From NCBI GenBank assembly GCA_035549075.1, contig DASZRT010000009.1, forward strand, positions 136,296 through 200,295: DNA of 64,000 nt. The letters run 5' to 3'. Both the position numbers and the translations under genes were made by a program. Under the pieces are notes generated by a model. The model made no database searches. It saw nothing but the letters and a program-made list of their open reading frames with translations, and was not told where the DNA came from. The DNA is from Polyangia bacterium. Lineage in GTDB: Bacteria > Myxococcota_A > Polyangia > Fen-1088. Positions 55,887-64,000 of the stretch are shown piece by piece (position 1 is the stretch's first letter; every line of letters begins with the position of its first letter).

Positions 55887-56675
55887 ATGATGCGCGCGCT
55901 CACGAAGCTGCTCGTTCTTTCGTTCGCCGTCTCGACGTCGACGTTGGCGGCGTCGCCCGCGTTCGCGAAGCCCGCCAAGCGCAAGCCCGCGCGGCGCGCG
56001 CCCGCATCGACATCGACCTCGGCGCCCGCTTCGCCCTCGCCGTCCGACGACGCGCCCCTCGATGTCAGCGGCGCGCCCGACGACAGCGCGGCCGCCGCGC
56101 CTGCGCCCGACGCGCACGCCGCCGAAGCGCCGCCGTCCCCGCCCGCGGAGAAGCCCGCGCCCGCGAAGTCGGAAGAGCCCGCGCCGCCGCCCGCGCCGTC
56201 GGTCGATCTCGTGAAGCTGCGCGCCGACTACGATCGCCTGCGCGACGAGCTGTTTCGCGCGCGCGCGCGCGCCGCGCTCGTGCAGGAGGGTTTGTACGAA
56301 GCGCGGCTCGGCGCGCGCCTCGACTGGAAGGCCGCGCCCGACTACGTGATTCGCCACGCCGAGGTCCGCCTCGACGGCGGCACGATCTGGGACTCGGGCG
56401 ACAAGCCCGTCACCGACGACAAGATCACGGTCGCCGATCGCCCGTGCAAACCGGGGCAGCATTCGTTGACCCTGCGCCTCGAGGTCCGGCCGGGCACGAA
56501 GAAGAAGGGCAAGGACATCGAGCAGCTCGGCTACGTGACCGAGCAGACGTTCTCGCTCGTCGTGCCCGACAAGAAGCTCACGACCGTGATCCTCACGGGC
56601 GACGAAGACGGCAGCCTGCCCGAGTACGAGCCCCGCATGGAGCTCGAGCTCGAAACGGACGACCTCAAGAAGTGA
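55887..56675 (+). CDS. secreted Ala/Pro-rich hypothetical protein
   Basis: Signal LLVLSFAVSTSTLAASPAFA. AP-rich linker then a globular C-terminal half. Confidence 0.5.
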   Translation: MMRALTKLLVLSFAVSTSTLAASPAFAKPAKRKPARRAPASTSTSAPASPSPSDDAPLDVSGAPDDSAAAAPAPDAHAAEAPPSPPAEKPAPAKSEEPAPPPAPSVDLVKLRADYDRLRDELFRARARAALVQEGLYEARLGARLDWKAAPDYVIRHAEVRLDGGTIWDSGDKPVTDDKITVADRPCKPGQHSLTLRLEVRPGTKKKGKDIEQLGYVTEQTFSLVVPDKKLTTVILTGDEDGSLPEYEPRMELELETDDLKK

Positions 56676-56682
56676 TGAAACC

Positions 56683-58497
56683 GTGATCACCTCCCTCGTC
56701 TTCTCGACAGCGCTCGCCGCCCTGTTCGCCACCGAACAGGATCCGATGGGCGCGTACCTCACCGACCTCGAGAAGGCGGGCGTCTTGACGGCCGACGACA
56801 CGCCCGCGACCGTCGAGGGCATCCGCGCCGCCGTCGTCGCCGCCGAGGACGCGCTCGTGACCGGCAACGCCGACGTCGCGACGACGCGCCTCTTCAAGGT
56901 CGTCGAGTCGCCGCGCTTCGCGAAGCTGGCGTACGCGCCCGAGTACGCCAACGCCGAGCTCACGCTGGGGCGCGCGCTCGTGCGCGCCGGCGCCTACGCC
57001 TCGGCCGAGCGCTACCTGCTGCGCGCGCTCGCGCACGGCCCGAAGTCGCCGTTCTTCTCGCCCGCCTACCGCGCCATGGTCGACATCGCGCTCGAGACGC
57101 GCGAGCAGGCGGCGACGCTCGCGATGCTCGACTTCGCGGCGAAGACCGTGCAGGCGAACGCCAAAGACGGCGCGGGCGGCGACGAGCTGCCGCGCGACGC
57201 GATGGCCGAGCACGAGTACCTCGCCGGCAAGGTCGCCTACGAGGCCAACGACCTGCCGTCGGCCGAGGCGCACTTCGGCAACGTCGACCGCCAATCGCGC
57301 TTCTTCGCGGCGGCGCTCTACTTCCGCGGCCTCGCGCACGTGCGCAAGGGTCACTTCGCGTCGGCGCGCCGCTCGCTGTGCGAGATCGTCGAGCAGGCCG
57401 ATCAAGATCGCTTCACCTTCTTCATCGACGGCCGTTACTACGCCATCAAGGACCTCGCCTACCTCGCGCTCGGCCGCATCGCCCACGAGCAGGGCAAGTA
57501 CGACGACGCCTACTACTTCTACTTCCGCGTGCCCGAGGACTCGGACCGCCTGCCCGACGCGCTCTTCGAGGCGTCGTGGTCGATGTTCCAAAAGGGCGAG
57601 TACGAGGCGTCGGGCGCGTTCCTCGACCAGTTCGATCGCTCGTTCCCCAAGTCGCCGCTCGCGCCCGACGTGCTGCTGCTGCACGCGATGATCGACCTCA
57701 AGTCGTGCGGCTTCGACAAAACGCGCGACGAGCTCGAGAAGCTCGTGCGCGTCTACAAGCCCATCGAGGCCGAGGTCGCGACGCTCATCAAGGATCCCGA
57801 CCACCGCCGCGCGCTGTACAAGCGCCTGCTCAGCAAGCAACAGATCGGCGCCGCGAGCGATCCCGTCGTCGAGCTGCTCAAGATCGATGGGCGCTTCTAC
57901 CGCTACTTCGCCGACATCGTCGCGCTCGATCGCGAGGCGGGCGTCGTGCCGTCGGAGATCGCCGTGTGGGACGAGCTGACGGCGAAGCAGACGGGCCAGA
58001 ACAAGGGCAGCGAGGCCACCGAGGCCGCGCAGCTCGTGAAGGACGTCGAGGCGCTGCAGCCCGTCGCCAAGGGCACGGGCGACGTCGATCTCGAGGATCG
58101 CGTCGGCGATCTGCTCACGCAGGCGCACCGCGCGGCGCGGCCCGTGAGCACGAACGGCCCTTACGCCAAGGAGGCGCAGTCGCTTCAGGCTCTGTCGAGC
58201 GAGGCGCGCGAGCTGCGGTCACGCCTCGTCGCCGCGACGAGCGCCATCGCCGAGCAGGCGCTCGTCGAGCTCGACACGCGGCTGCGCGAGATGCTGCGGC
58301 AGGCGCGGCTCACGCAGATCGACGCCGTCATCGGCAAGAAGAAGAAGCTCGAGATCGAGATCTCGAACCTGCGCGAAGGACGCTACCCGCCCGACATGTT
58401 CGCCGAGCTGCAGCTCGAAGGACTGATGGGCGACGACGAGGAGTATTGGCCCTTCGAGGGCGAGTACTGGTCGGATGAGTACGATAATTACAAATAG
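56683..58497 (+). CDS. periplasmic TPR-repeat protein (GltC-like)
   Basis: Signal peptide. Multiple TPR-like helix pairs. C-terminal coiled coil. Confidence 0.6.
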   Translation: MITSLVFSTALAALFATEQDPMGAYLTDLEKAGVLTADDTPATVEGIRAAVVAAEDALVTGNADVATTRLFKVVESPRFAKLAYAPEYANAELTLGRALVRAGAYASAERYLLRALAHGPKSPFFSPAYRAMVDIALETREQAATLAMLDFAAKTVQANAKDGAGGDELPRDAMAEHEYLAGKVAYEANDLPSAEAHFGNVDRQSRFFAAALYFRGLAHVRKGHFASARRSLCEIVEQADQDRFTFFIDGRYYAIKDLAYLALGRIAHEQGKYDDAYYFYFRVPEDSDRLPDALFEASWSMFQKGEYEASGAFLDQFDRSFPKSPLAPDVLLLHAMIDLKSCGFDKTRDELEKLVRVYKPIEAEVATLIKDPDHRRALYKRLLSKQQIGAASDPVVELLKIDGRFYRYFADIVALDREAGVVPSEIAVWDELTAKQTGQNKGSEATEAAQLVKDVEALQPVAKGTGDVDLEDRVGDLLTQAHRAARPVSTNGPYAKEAQSLQALSSEARELRSRLVAATSAIAEQALVELDTRLREMLRQARLTQIDAVIGKKKKLEIEISNLREGRYPPDMFAELQLEGLMGDDEEYWPFEGEYWSDEYDNYK

Positions 58498-61400
58498 CCT
58501 CGCGATCTGGCTGGCGCTCACGGCGCCCTCCGAGACGTCCGTGTCGTCCGACAAGCCGACGGCCACGACGTCGTCCGCCGCCAATCCGGGTGCGAAGAAG
58601 CCGGACGTCACCGTCGACGAGAACGGCGAGAAGACGTTCTCACCCGCGCTGCAGAAGGCGATCGACGATCGCGAGGCGCAGGTCACGGCCGCGCGGCGCG
58701 AGGCGATCCGCCTGCTCGAGGATTACCTGCGCGACGTGCCGCGCTCGCGCGAAGAGGCCGAGGCGCTCTACAAGCTGGCCGAGCTGTACTGGGAAGAGTC
58801 GAAGGCCGTCTACCTCGACAAGATGGGCGCCTACCAGGCCGCCGTGAGCGCGTGCCACGACGACCGCTCCGCCTGCCCGCGCGTGCCGCGCAAGCCGCCT
58901 ACGGTCGATCTCTCGCGCGCGCAGTCGGTCTACCAGCGCCTCATCGCCGAGCACCCGCGCTTCCACAAGATCGACACCGTCATCTACCTGTACGCGTTCT
59001 CGCTGCGCGACCAGGGCAAGGTCGCCGAGTCGGTGAAGTTCTTCCAGACCATCCTCGATCGCTACCCCAAGAGCCGCTACGTCGCCGACGCGTGGATGGC
59101 GATCGCCGAGTTCCGCTTCTACGAGCAGCAGGACTACAAGGCCTCGCTCGAGGCCTACGAGCACGTGCTCAAGCACCCGAAGTCGCAGCTCTACGACCTG
59201 GCGCTGTTCAAGACGGCGTGGTGCTACTGGAAGCTGGGCGACACGACGAAGTCGGCCATGCGCTTCAAGGACGTGCTCGACCTGTCCAAGAGAAAAGCGG
59301 GGAAAGCCGGCGGCAGCGAGGCCGATCAGAAGCGCGCCGCCGAGCTGCAGGGGCAGGCGCTCGACTACCTCGTCGAGCTCTTCACCGAAGACGACACGAA
59401 GAGCGCGCACGACGCCTTCGAGTTCCTCGCGCAGATCGGCGGCAAGCCCTACTCGAAGAAGGTCCTCAAGCAGCTCGCCGACACCGTCTTCGATCAGACG
59501 CGCTACGAGCGCGCCGTCGAGGCCTACCAGCTGCTCATCGACCTCGACCCGATGAGCCCCGACGCGCCTGACTACGCCAGCAAGATCGTCGAGGCGTACC
59601 AGCTGCTGGGCGACACGAAGACGGCCGTCGCGTCGATGCGCAAGCTCGCGAGCGACTACGGTGGCAAGAGCGCGTGGGCCGCCGCCAACAAGGACCGCCC
59701 CAAGACCGTGCAGCACGCGCGTGAGACGGCCGAGCAGCTCATCCGCACGCTCGCGAAGACGATGCATGCCGAGGCGCAGCAGAACGAGAAGTCGACGAAG
59801 GTCGTCGACAAAGACCGCTACGCGCGCGCTGCCGAGGCCTACGCCTTCTACCTGCAGAACTTCCCCGACGCCGCCGACGCCGTCGAGTTGCGCTACCTGC
59901 GCGCCGACATCCTCTACTTCAAGCTGGGCCGCTACGAAGAGGCCGGGCGCGACTATCTGGCCGTGGGCAAGTCGCAGCCCGTGGGCAAGTACCACAAGGA
60001 CGCGCTCCTCCAAGCCATGGGCGCGTTCGAGAAGGTCCGTAAAATCTCCAGCGCGCCTGGCAAGCGCGAGATCACCGAGAGCGACAAGCTGTTCGGCGAG
60101 GCGGCCGACACCTACGCGACTCTGTTCCCCAACGACAAAGAGATCGTGACCGTCGTCTTCAAGAACGGGCAGTTCTTCTTCGACTACGGGGACTACGACG
60201 AGGCCATCAAGCGCTTCGGCCTCATCGTCGAGAAGTACCCCGACGATCCCAACGCGGGCGTCGCGGGCGACCGCATCCTCGAGGCGCTCAACAAGGCGAA
60301 GGACTACGAGAACATCGAGTCCTGGGCTCGAAGGTTGAAGAAGACGAAGGCCTTCGCTTCAAAAGACGAGCAAGACCGCCTCGACAAGGTCGTCGTCAAC
60401 GCCGTCATGAAGTCGGGCGAGAAGTACGCGAACGACGGCCAGTACGAGAAGGCGGCGTCGTTCTACCAGCGCGTCGCCGCCGACTACCCGCAGTCGCCGC
60501 TCGCGCCCAAGGCGCTCAACAACGCCGGCGCCGTCTTCGAGAAGGCGCGCAAGCAAGACGAAGCCGTGAGCGCCTACAAGACGCTGGCCGACAAGTACCC
60601 GAGCGCGAGCGAGTCGCCCGAGGCGCTGTTCACCGCGGCGCGCATCGAGGAGAACATCGCCTACTACGACAAGGCCGCCGCGCTTTACGAGCAGCTCGCG
60701 CAGCGCTACCCCAACAACCCGCACGCCGCCGACGCGCTCCGCAGCGCGGGCGTCCTGCGCGAGGGCCTCGGCCAGCACGACCGCGCCATCAAGCACTTCG
60801 GCGAGTACAGCAAGCGCTTCAAGGACAAGTCCGACGCGAAGGACGTCGCCTTCCAGGTGGCCGTCGTGCGCGAGGACCAAAAGGACTGGAAGCAGGCGGC
60901 GCAGAGCTTCGGCGCCTACGCGCGCACCTACCCCAGCGACGCGCGCGTCGTCGAGGCGCACGCGCGCGAGGCCGACGCGAGCCTCAAGGCCGGCAACGAG
61001 AACGGCGCGAAGGAGGCGTCGGCGAAGGCGCTCGCGGCGTTCAAGGCCGGCGCCAAGAAGAAGAAGGACGACGAGCGCGGCGAGGACGCCGCCTACTACG
61101 CGGCCGAGGCGCGCTACATCCAGGGCGAGCTCGTCTTCCGCGACTACGAGAAGATCAAGATCGCTGGCAAGCCCAAGCAGCTCGCCAAGGTCCTCGAGGA
61201 GAAGGCCAAGAAGCTCGAGGAGGCGAAGAAGGTCTACCTCGACGTCGTCACGTACCAATCGCCCGAGTGGGCGACGGCGTCGCTGCTGCGCGTGGGCCAG
61301 GGCTACGAGGCCTACGCCAAGGCGATGCGCAACGCGCCCGTGCCCAAGGATCTCAACGAAGAGGAGCAGCAGGTGTACCGCGACGAGCTCGAGAAGGTCG

Positions 61401-61621
61401 TCGTCGTCATCGAGGACAAGGCGCTCGACGCCTACAAGTCCGGCTACGCGCGCGCGATCCAGATCGGCGTCTACAACAAGCACACGCAGCAGATCCGCGA
61501 GGCGCTGTCCCGCCTCGCCGAGAACGAGTACCCGAAGGAGGCCGAGCTGCGCGCCTCGATCCGCGGCGGCGAGCCGCGTTTGTCTTTGGAAAGGATCGAG
61601 GAGGTCCGCCGTGACAATTAG
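58475..61621 (+). CDS. large TPR-repeat protein (1048 aa; AgmU/GltD-like)
   Basis: More than 15 TPR-like repeats (YxxAxxxYxxF patterns). N-terminal signal-like segment. Overlaps the upstream gene by 23 nt. Confidence 0.65.
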   Translation: MSTIITNSLAIWLALTAPSETSVSSDKPTATTSSAANPGAKKPDVTVDENGEKTFSPALQKAIDDREAQVTAARREAIRLLEDYLRDVPRSREEAEALYKLAELYWEESKAVYLDKMGAYQAAVSACHDDRSACPRVPRKPPTVDLSRAQSVYQRLIAEHPRFHKIDTVIYLYAFSLRDQGKVAESVKFFQTILDRYPKSRYVADAWMAIAEFRFYEQQDYKASLEAYEHVLKHPKSQLYDLALFKTAWCYWKLGDTTKSAMRFKDVLDLSKRKAGKAGGSEADQKRAAELQGQALDYLVELFTEDDTKSAHDAFEFLAQIGGKPYSKKVLKQLADTVFDQTRYERAVEAYQLLIDLDPMSPDAPDYASKIVEAYQLLGDTKTAVASMRKLASDYGGKSAWAAANKDRPKTVQHARETAEQLIRTLAKTMHAEAQQNEKSTKVVDKDRYARAAEAYAFYLQNFPDAADAVELRYLRADILYFKLGRYEEAGRDYLAVGKSQPVGKYHKDALLQAMGAFEKVRKISSAPGKREITESDKLFGEAADTYATLFPNDKEIVTVVFKNGQFFFDYGDYDEAIKRFGLIVEKYPDDPNAGVAGDRILEALNKAKDYENIESWARRLKKTKAFASKDEQDRLDKVVVNAVMKSGEKYANDGQYEKAASFYQRVAADYPQSPLAPKALNNAGAVFEKARKQDEAVSAYKTLADKYPSASESPEALFTAARIEENIAYYDKAAALYEQLAQRYPNNPHAADALRSAGVLREGLGQHDRAIKHFGEYSKRFKDKSDAKDVAFQVAVVREDQKDWKQAAQSFGAYARTYPSDARVVEAHAREADASLKAGNENGAKEASAKALAAFKAGAKKKKDDERGEDAAYYAAEARYIQGELVFRDYEKIKIAGKPKQLAKVLEEKAKKLEEAKKVYLDVVTYQSPEWATASLLRVGQGYEAYAKAMRNAPVPKDLNEEEQQVYRDELEKVVVVIEDKALDAYKSGYARAIQIGVYNKHTQQIREALSRLAENEYPKEAELRASIRGGEPRLSLERIEEVRRDN

Positions 61622-62741
61622 CCGGCGCCCTCTCCTGTTGCTGCCGTTGCTCGCGGTCGCGGCGTGCGGCGGCCCGCGCGCCGCCGGCAAGAACCAAGCG
61701 TCGAACCCGATCGCGGCGGTCGCGCTGCCCAAGGCGAATCCCGAGGCGCAGTCGTCGTTCGAAGAAGGCGTCACGACGATGAAGCTCGGGCGCAAGCACT
61801 TCAAGGAGGCGCGCAAGCTCTTCACGAAGGCGACCGAGCTCGACGGCAAGCTGTTCGAGGCGTGGCACGACCTGGGCGTCGTCGAGACGGCGCTCGGCAA
61901 CTACGACAAGGCCGCCGACGACTTCGAGCGCGCGCTCTCGATCCAGCCCGGCTCGCGCAAGACGGTCCTCGCCTACGGCGAGTCGCTGCGCCGCGCGCAC
62001 CGCCCGCAGAAGGCGGCCAAGGTGTACGCCAAGTGGCTCGATTCGGATCCCAACGACGTCGAGATGCGCACCAGGTATGGGCAAGTCCTACGTGAGGCCG
62101 GCGACCTGGAAGCGGCGCTGGACCAGGCGCGCCAGGTCTTGGCCATCGGCGGCTCCAGCGGCGAGAACCTCGCCCAGGCCGTGGTCGCCTACAACGCGCT
62201 GGGCCTCACCTACTATAAGATGGGCAAGCTCGACCTCGCGGAGACCGCCTTCCGCAAGGCCTCGGATCTCGACGCGAAAAGCGCCTTCGTCTGGAACAAC
62301 CTGGGCCTCGTCGCGTTCGATCGGGGCCACGACCAGGAGGCCTTCTTGAACTTCCAAAAGGCTTCGGAGCTCGACCCGAAATACGTTCAGGCGCGCCTGA
62401 ACAAGGCCGTGGTCTACATGGACTGCGGCGACTACAAGAAGGCGCGCGCCGAGCTGGAAGAGGCGGTCAAGATCGACCCGAATGACGCCGAGGCACAGGT
62501 GGCGCTGGGCGTGGCCGCCCGGGGCGACGGCAAGCTCGACGAGGCGCGCCGCGCCTACGAGCGGGCGCTCGACATCGAGGACGACTACGCGCCGGCGCTC
62601 TTCGATCTCGGGGTGCTGTACATGGACTTCGACAAGGACAAGGCCAAGGCCAAGAACTACCTGACGCAGTACACGCAGTCGGGTGATGCGACCGACGCCA
62701 AGAAGCAAGAGGCCACGGCGCGCCTCAAGGAGCTGCAATGA
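61611..62741 (+). CDS. TPR-repeat lipoprotein (AglT/GltE-like)
   Basis: GTG start. Lipobox LAVAACGG. 7-8 TPR units. Confidence 0.6.
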   Translation: MTISRRPLLLLPLLAVAACGGPRAAGKNQASNPIAAVALPKANPEAQSSFEEGVTTMKLGRKHFKEARKLFTKATELDGKLFEAWHDLGVVETALGNYDKAADDFERALSIQPGSRKTVLAYGESLRRAHRPQKAAKVYAKWLDSDPNDVEMRTRYGQVLREAGDLEAALDQARQVLAIGGSSGENLAQAVVAYNALGLTYYKMGKLDLAETAFRKASDLDAKSAFVWNNLGLVAFDRGHDQEAFLNFQKASELDPKYVQARLNKAVVYMDCGDYKKARAELEEAVKIDPNDAEAQVALGVAARGDGKLDEARRAYERALDIEDDYAPALFDLGVLYMDFDKDKAKAKNYLTQYTQSGDATDAKKQEATARLKELQ

Positions 62742-63097
62742 AGCTGGCGCGCGGAATCTCGATTCTCATGTTGTTGCTCGCGCCCGGGCTCGCGCACGCG
62801 AAGAAGTCTTCGCCGAAGTCGGACAGCAAGAGCGGCGACAGCGCTTCCTTGGACAAGAGCGACAAGAGCGACAAGTCCGATTCGACCGATGCGGCGACGC
62901 CCACGAAGACCGCCGACGGCAAGACGATCAAGACCAAGACGTACACCTTCGGCGCCATGGACGTCGAGGGCAAGCTCAAGACGCCACAGCTCCTGTACTT
63001 CCTCAACCGCGTCAAGCTCGAGCTCGACATGTCGGCGCCCGACAAGCGCTCGTTCATGAAAGAGCTCGCGCGCAGCGCCGACGACAAGGCGCTCTGA
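62738..63097 (+). CDS. small secreted Lys/Asp/Ser-rich protein (GltF-like)
   Basis: ATG overlaps the upstream stop (ATGA). Signal ILMLLLAPGLAHA. Confidence 0.5.
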   Translation: MKLARGISILMLLLAPGLAHAKKSSPKSDSKSGDSASLDKSDKSDKSDSTDAATPTKTADGKTIKTKTYTFGAMDVEGKLKTPQLLYFLNRVKLELDMSAPDKRSFMKELARSADDKAL

Positions 63098-63107
63098 CGG
63101 ACCGCCC

Positions 63108-64000
63108 ATGAGCATGCCCGCCGACAAACGTTCGTCTCTCCCGCCGCCGCCCGCGGGGCGCCCGCTGCGCCTCACGCAGCCCGTGCAAGCGATGGCTGCG
63201 GCGATCCCCCAGGTCGTCGTCGTCTGGCGCGGCCGAATCATCGGCTACCGGCTGCTCGTGCGCCGCGCGCGCGTCACGATCGGCCCGCACCACGGCGCGA
63301 CGTTCCTGGCGCCGCTCACCGACGGACGCCGCAAGTACGTGCTGCTCAAGCCGGCGCGCGGCGGCTACACGCTGCGCCTCGCGCCCGCGCTGCGCGGCGA
63401 GGTCCAGAGCGCCGGCAACACGAGCGAGGTCGAGGACTACCTCAACCAGCCCGTGGATCTGAACCGCCGCCGCAACCGCGGCGACGTGCGCGAGGTGACG
63501 CTCGCGCCCGGCGATCGCGCGAAGCTCTACTTCGCCGAGAGCCCCGACCTGCGCATCGAGATCCGCTGGGTCGACCCGCCCGAGGTGCTCGCGCGCCCCA
63601 AGGTCGAAGACCCGATGATGTTCCAGACGCTCGTCGGGACGTCGCTCGTGATCGGCCTCGCCGCGGCGCTGCTGCTGTTCCTCTACAGGCCGCCGGAGAA
63701 GCCGCTCGCGATCACGGCCGAGCGCATCGCCAAGATCGAAGAGCCCGTGCTCGAGATCGAGAAGAAGGTGAGCGCGCGCCACGCCGCCGAGAAGGCCGAG
63801 AAGAAGAAACAAGAGGAAGGCCAGATGAAGAAGGCCAAGGAGAAGGCCGGCAAGCTGGGCAAGCAGGACGCGACCCAGAAGGACACGGTCATCCCCAAGG
63901 GCGACAAGGACGTGCTGCGCGAGAAGGTGCAGAAGGTCGGCATCCTCTCGATCATCGGGAACCAGAAGCAGGCGGGCTCGGGCCTGTCGAAGCTGTTCGC
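63108..64000 (+). CDS. single-pass membrane protein with N-terminal cytoplasmic FHA-like domain and Lys-rich periplasmic region (GltG/GltJ-like). 3' end outside the window.
   Basis: TM LVGTSLVIGLAAALLLFL. KKKQEEGQMKKAKEKAGK coiled segment. Open to the window end. Confidence 0.5.
   Translation, partial: MSMPADKRSSLPPPPAGRPLRLTQPVQAMAAAIPQVVVVWRGRIIGYRLLVRRARVTIGPHHGATFLAPLTDGRRKYVLLKPARGGYTLRLAPALRGEVQSAGNTSEVEDYLNQPVDLNRRRNRGDVREVTLAPGDRAKLYFAESPDLRIEIRWVDPPEVLARPKVEDPMMFQTLVGTSLVIGLAAALLLFLYRPPEKPLAITAERIAKIEEPVLEIEKKVSARHAAEKAEKKKQEEGQMKKAKEKAGKLGKQDATQKDTVIPKGDKDVLREKVQKVGILSIIGNQKQAGSGLSKLF

Overview
This window is about 70% GC and gene-dense. It looks like a myxobacterial (Myxococcota-type) chromosome, based on several features seen in the sequence: a MYXO-CTERM-like sorting tail, MopE-type CxGxDDNCDG cysteine repeats, and a run of TPR and beta-barrel proteins resembling the Agl-Glt gliding-motility machinery. 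No rRNA, tRNA, CRISPR array or transposase was found. Because of the high GC content, every gene is shadowed by long spurious ORFs on the opposite strand and in other frames. I called genes from amino-acid composition, signal peptides, family motifs and start/stop coupling.

Content from start to end:
- An Rrf2 regulator, an OprO/P-type porin and a sulfate-assimilation uptake operon (sbp, cysT, cysW, cysK).
- A minus-strand operon of an MFS transporter and a lipoprotein of the alkaline-phosphatase superfamily.
- xth, a HAD hydrolase, cyclophilin, and an ApaH-like phosphatase.
- A J-domain protein, an RRM glycine-rich RNA-binding protein, and a MATE efflux pump.
- A VapBC (FitAB-like) toxin-antitoxin pair.
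- Class I fumarase, and GH5 and GH16 glycosidases with a small nucleotidyltransferase module between them.
- A rhodanese plus MauE/DoxX pair, and pgm plus an SDR.
- An orphan divergent groEL co-transcribed with an unknown gene.
- A lipoprotein with three PAN-domain repeats.
- An ECF sigma factor followed by a thioredoxin, preceded by two paralogous lipoproteins.
- dnaE.
- At the end, a cluster of beta-barrel, TPR, small secreted and single-TM genes resembling merged Glt M1 and G1 gliding-motility clusters.

The most unusual locus is a tightly overlapping five-gene minus-strand operon at 31.5-36.0 kb. It encodes a MopE-motif Cys-rich lipoprotein, a MYXO-CTERM protein, a second Cys-rich secreted protein, a lipoprotein multihaem cytochrome c (7 CxxCH sites plus CX3CH and CX4CH variants), and a small outer-membrane beta-barrel. 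This looks like an undescribed cell-surface redox or metal-handling module.
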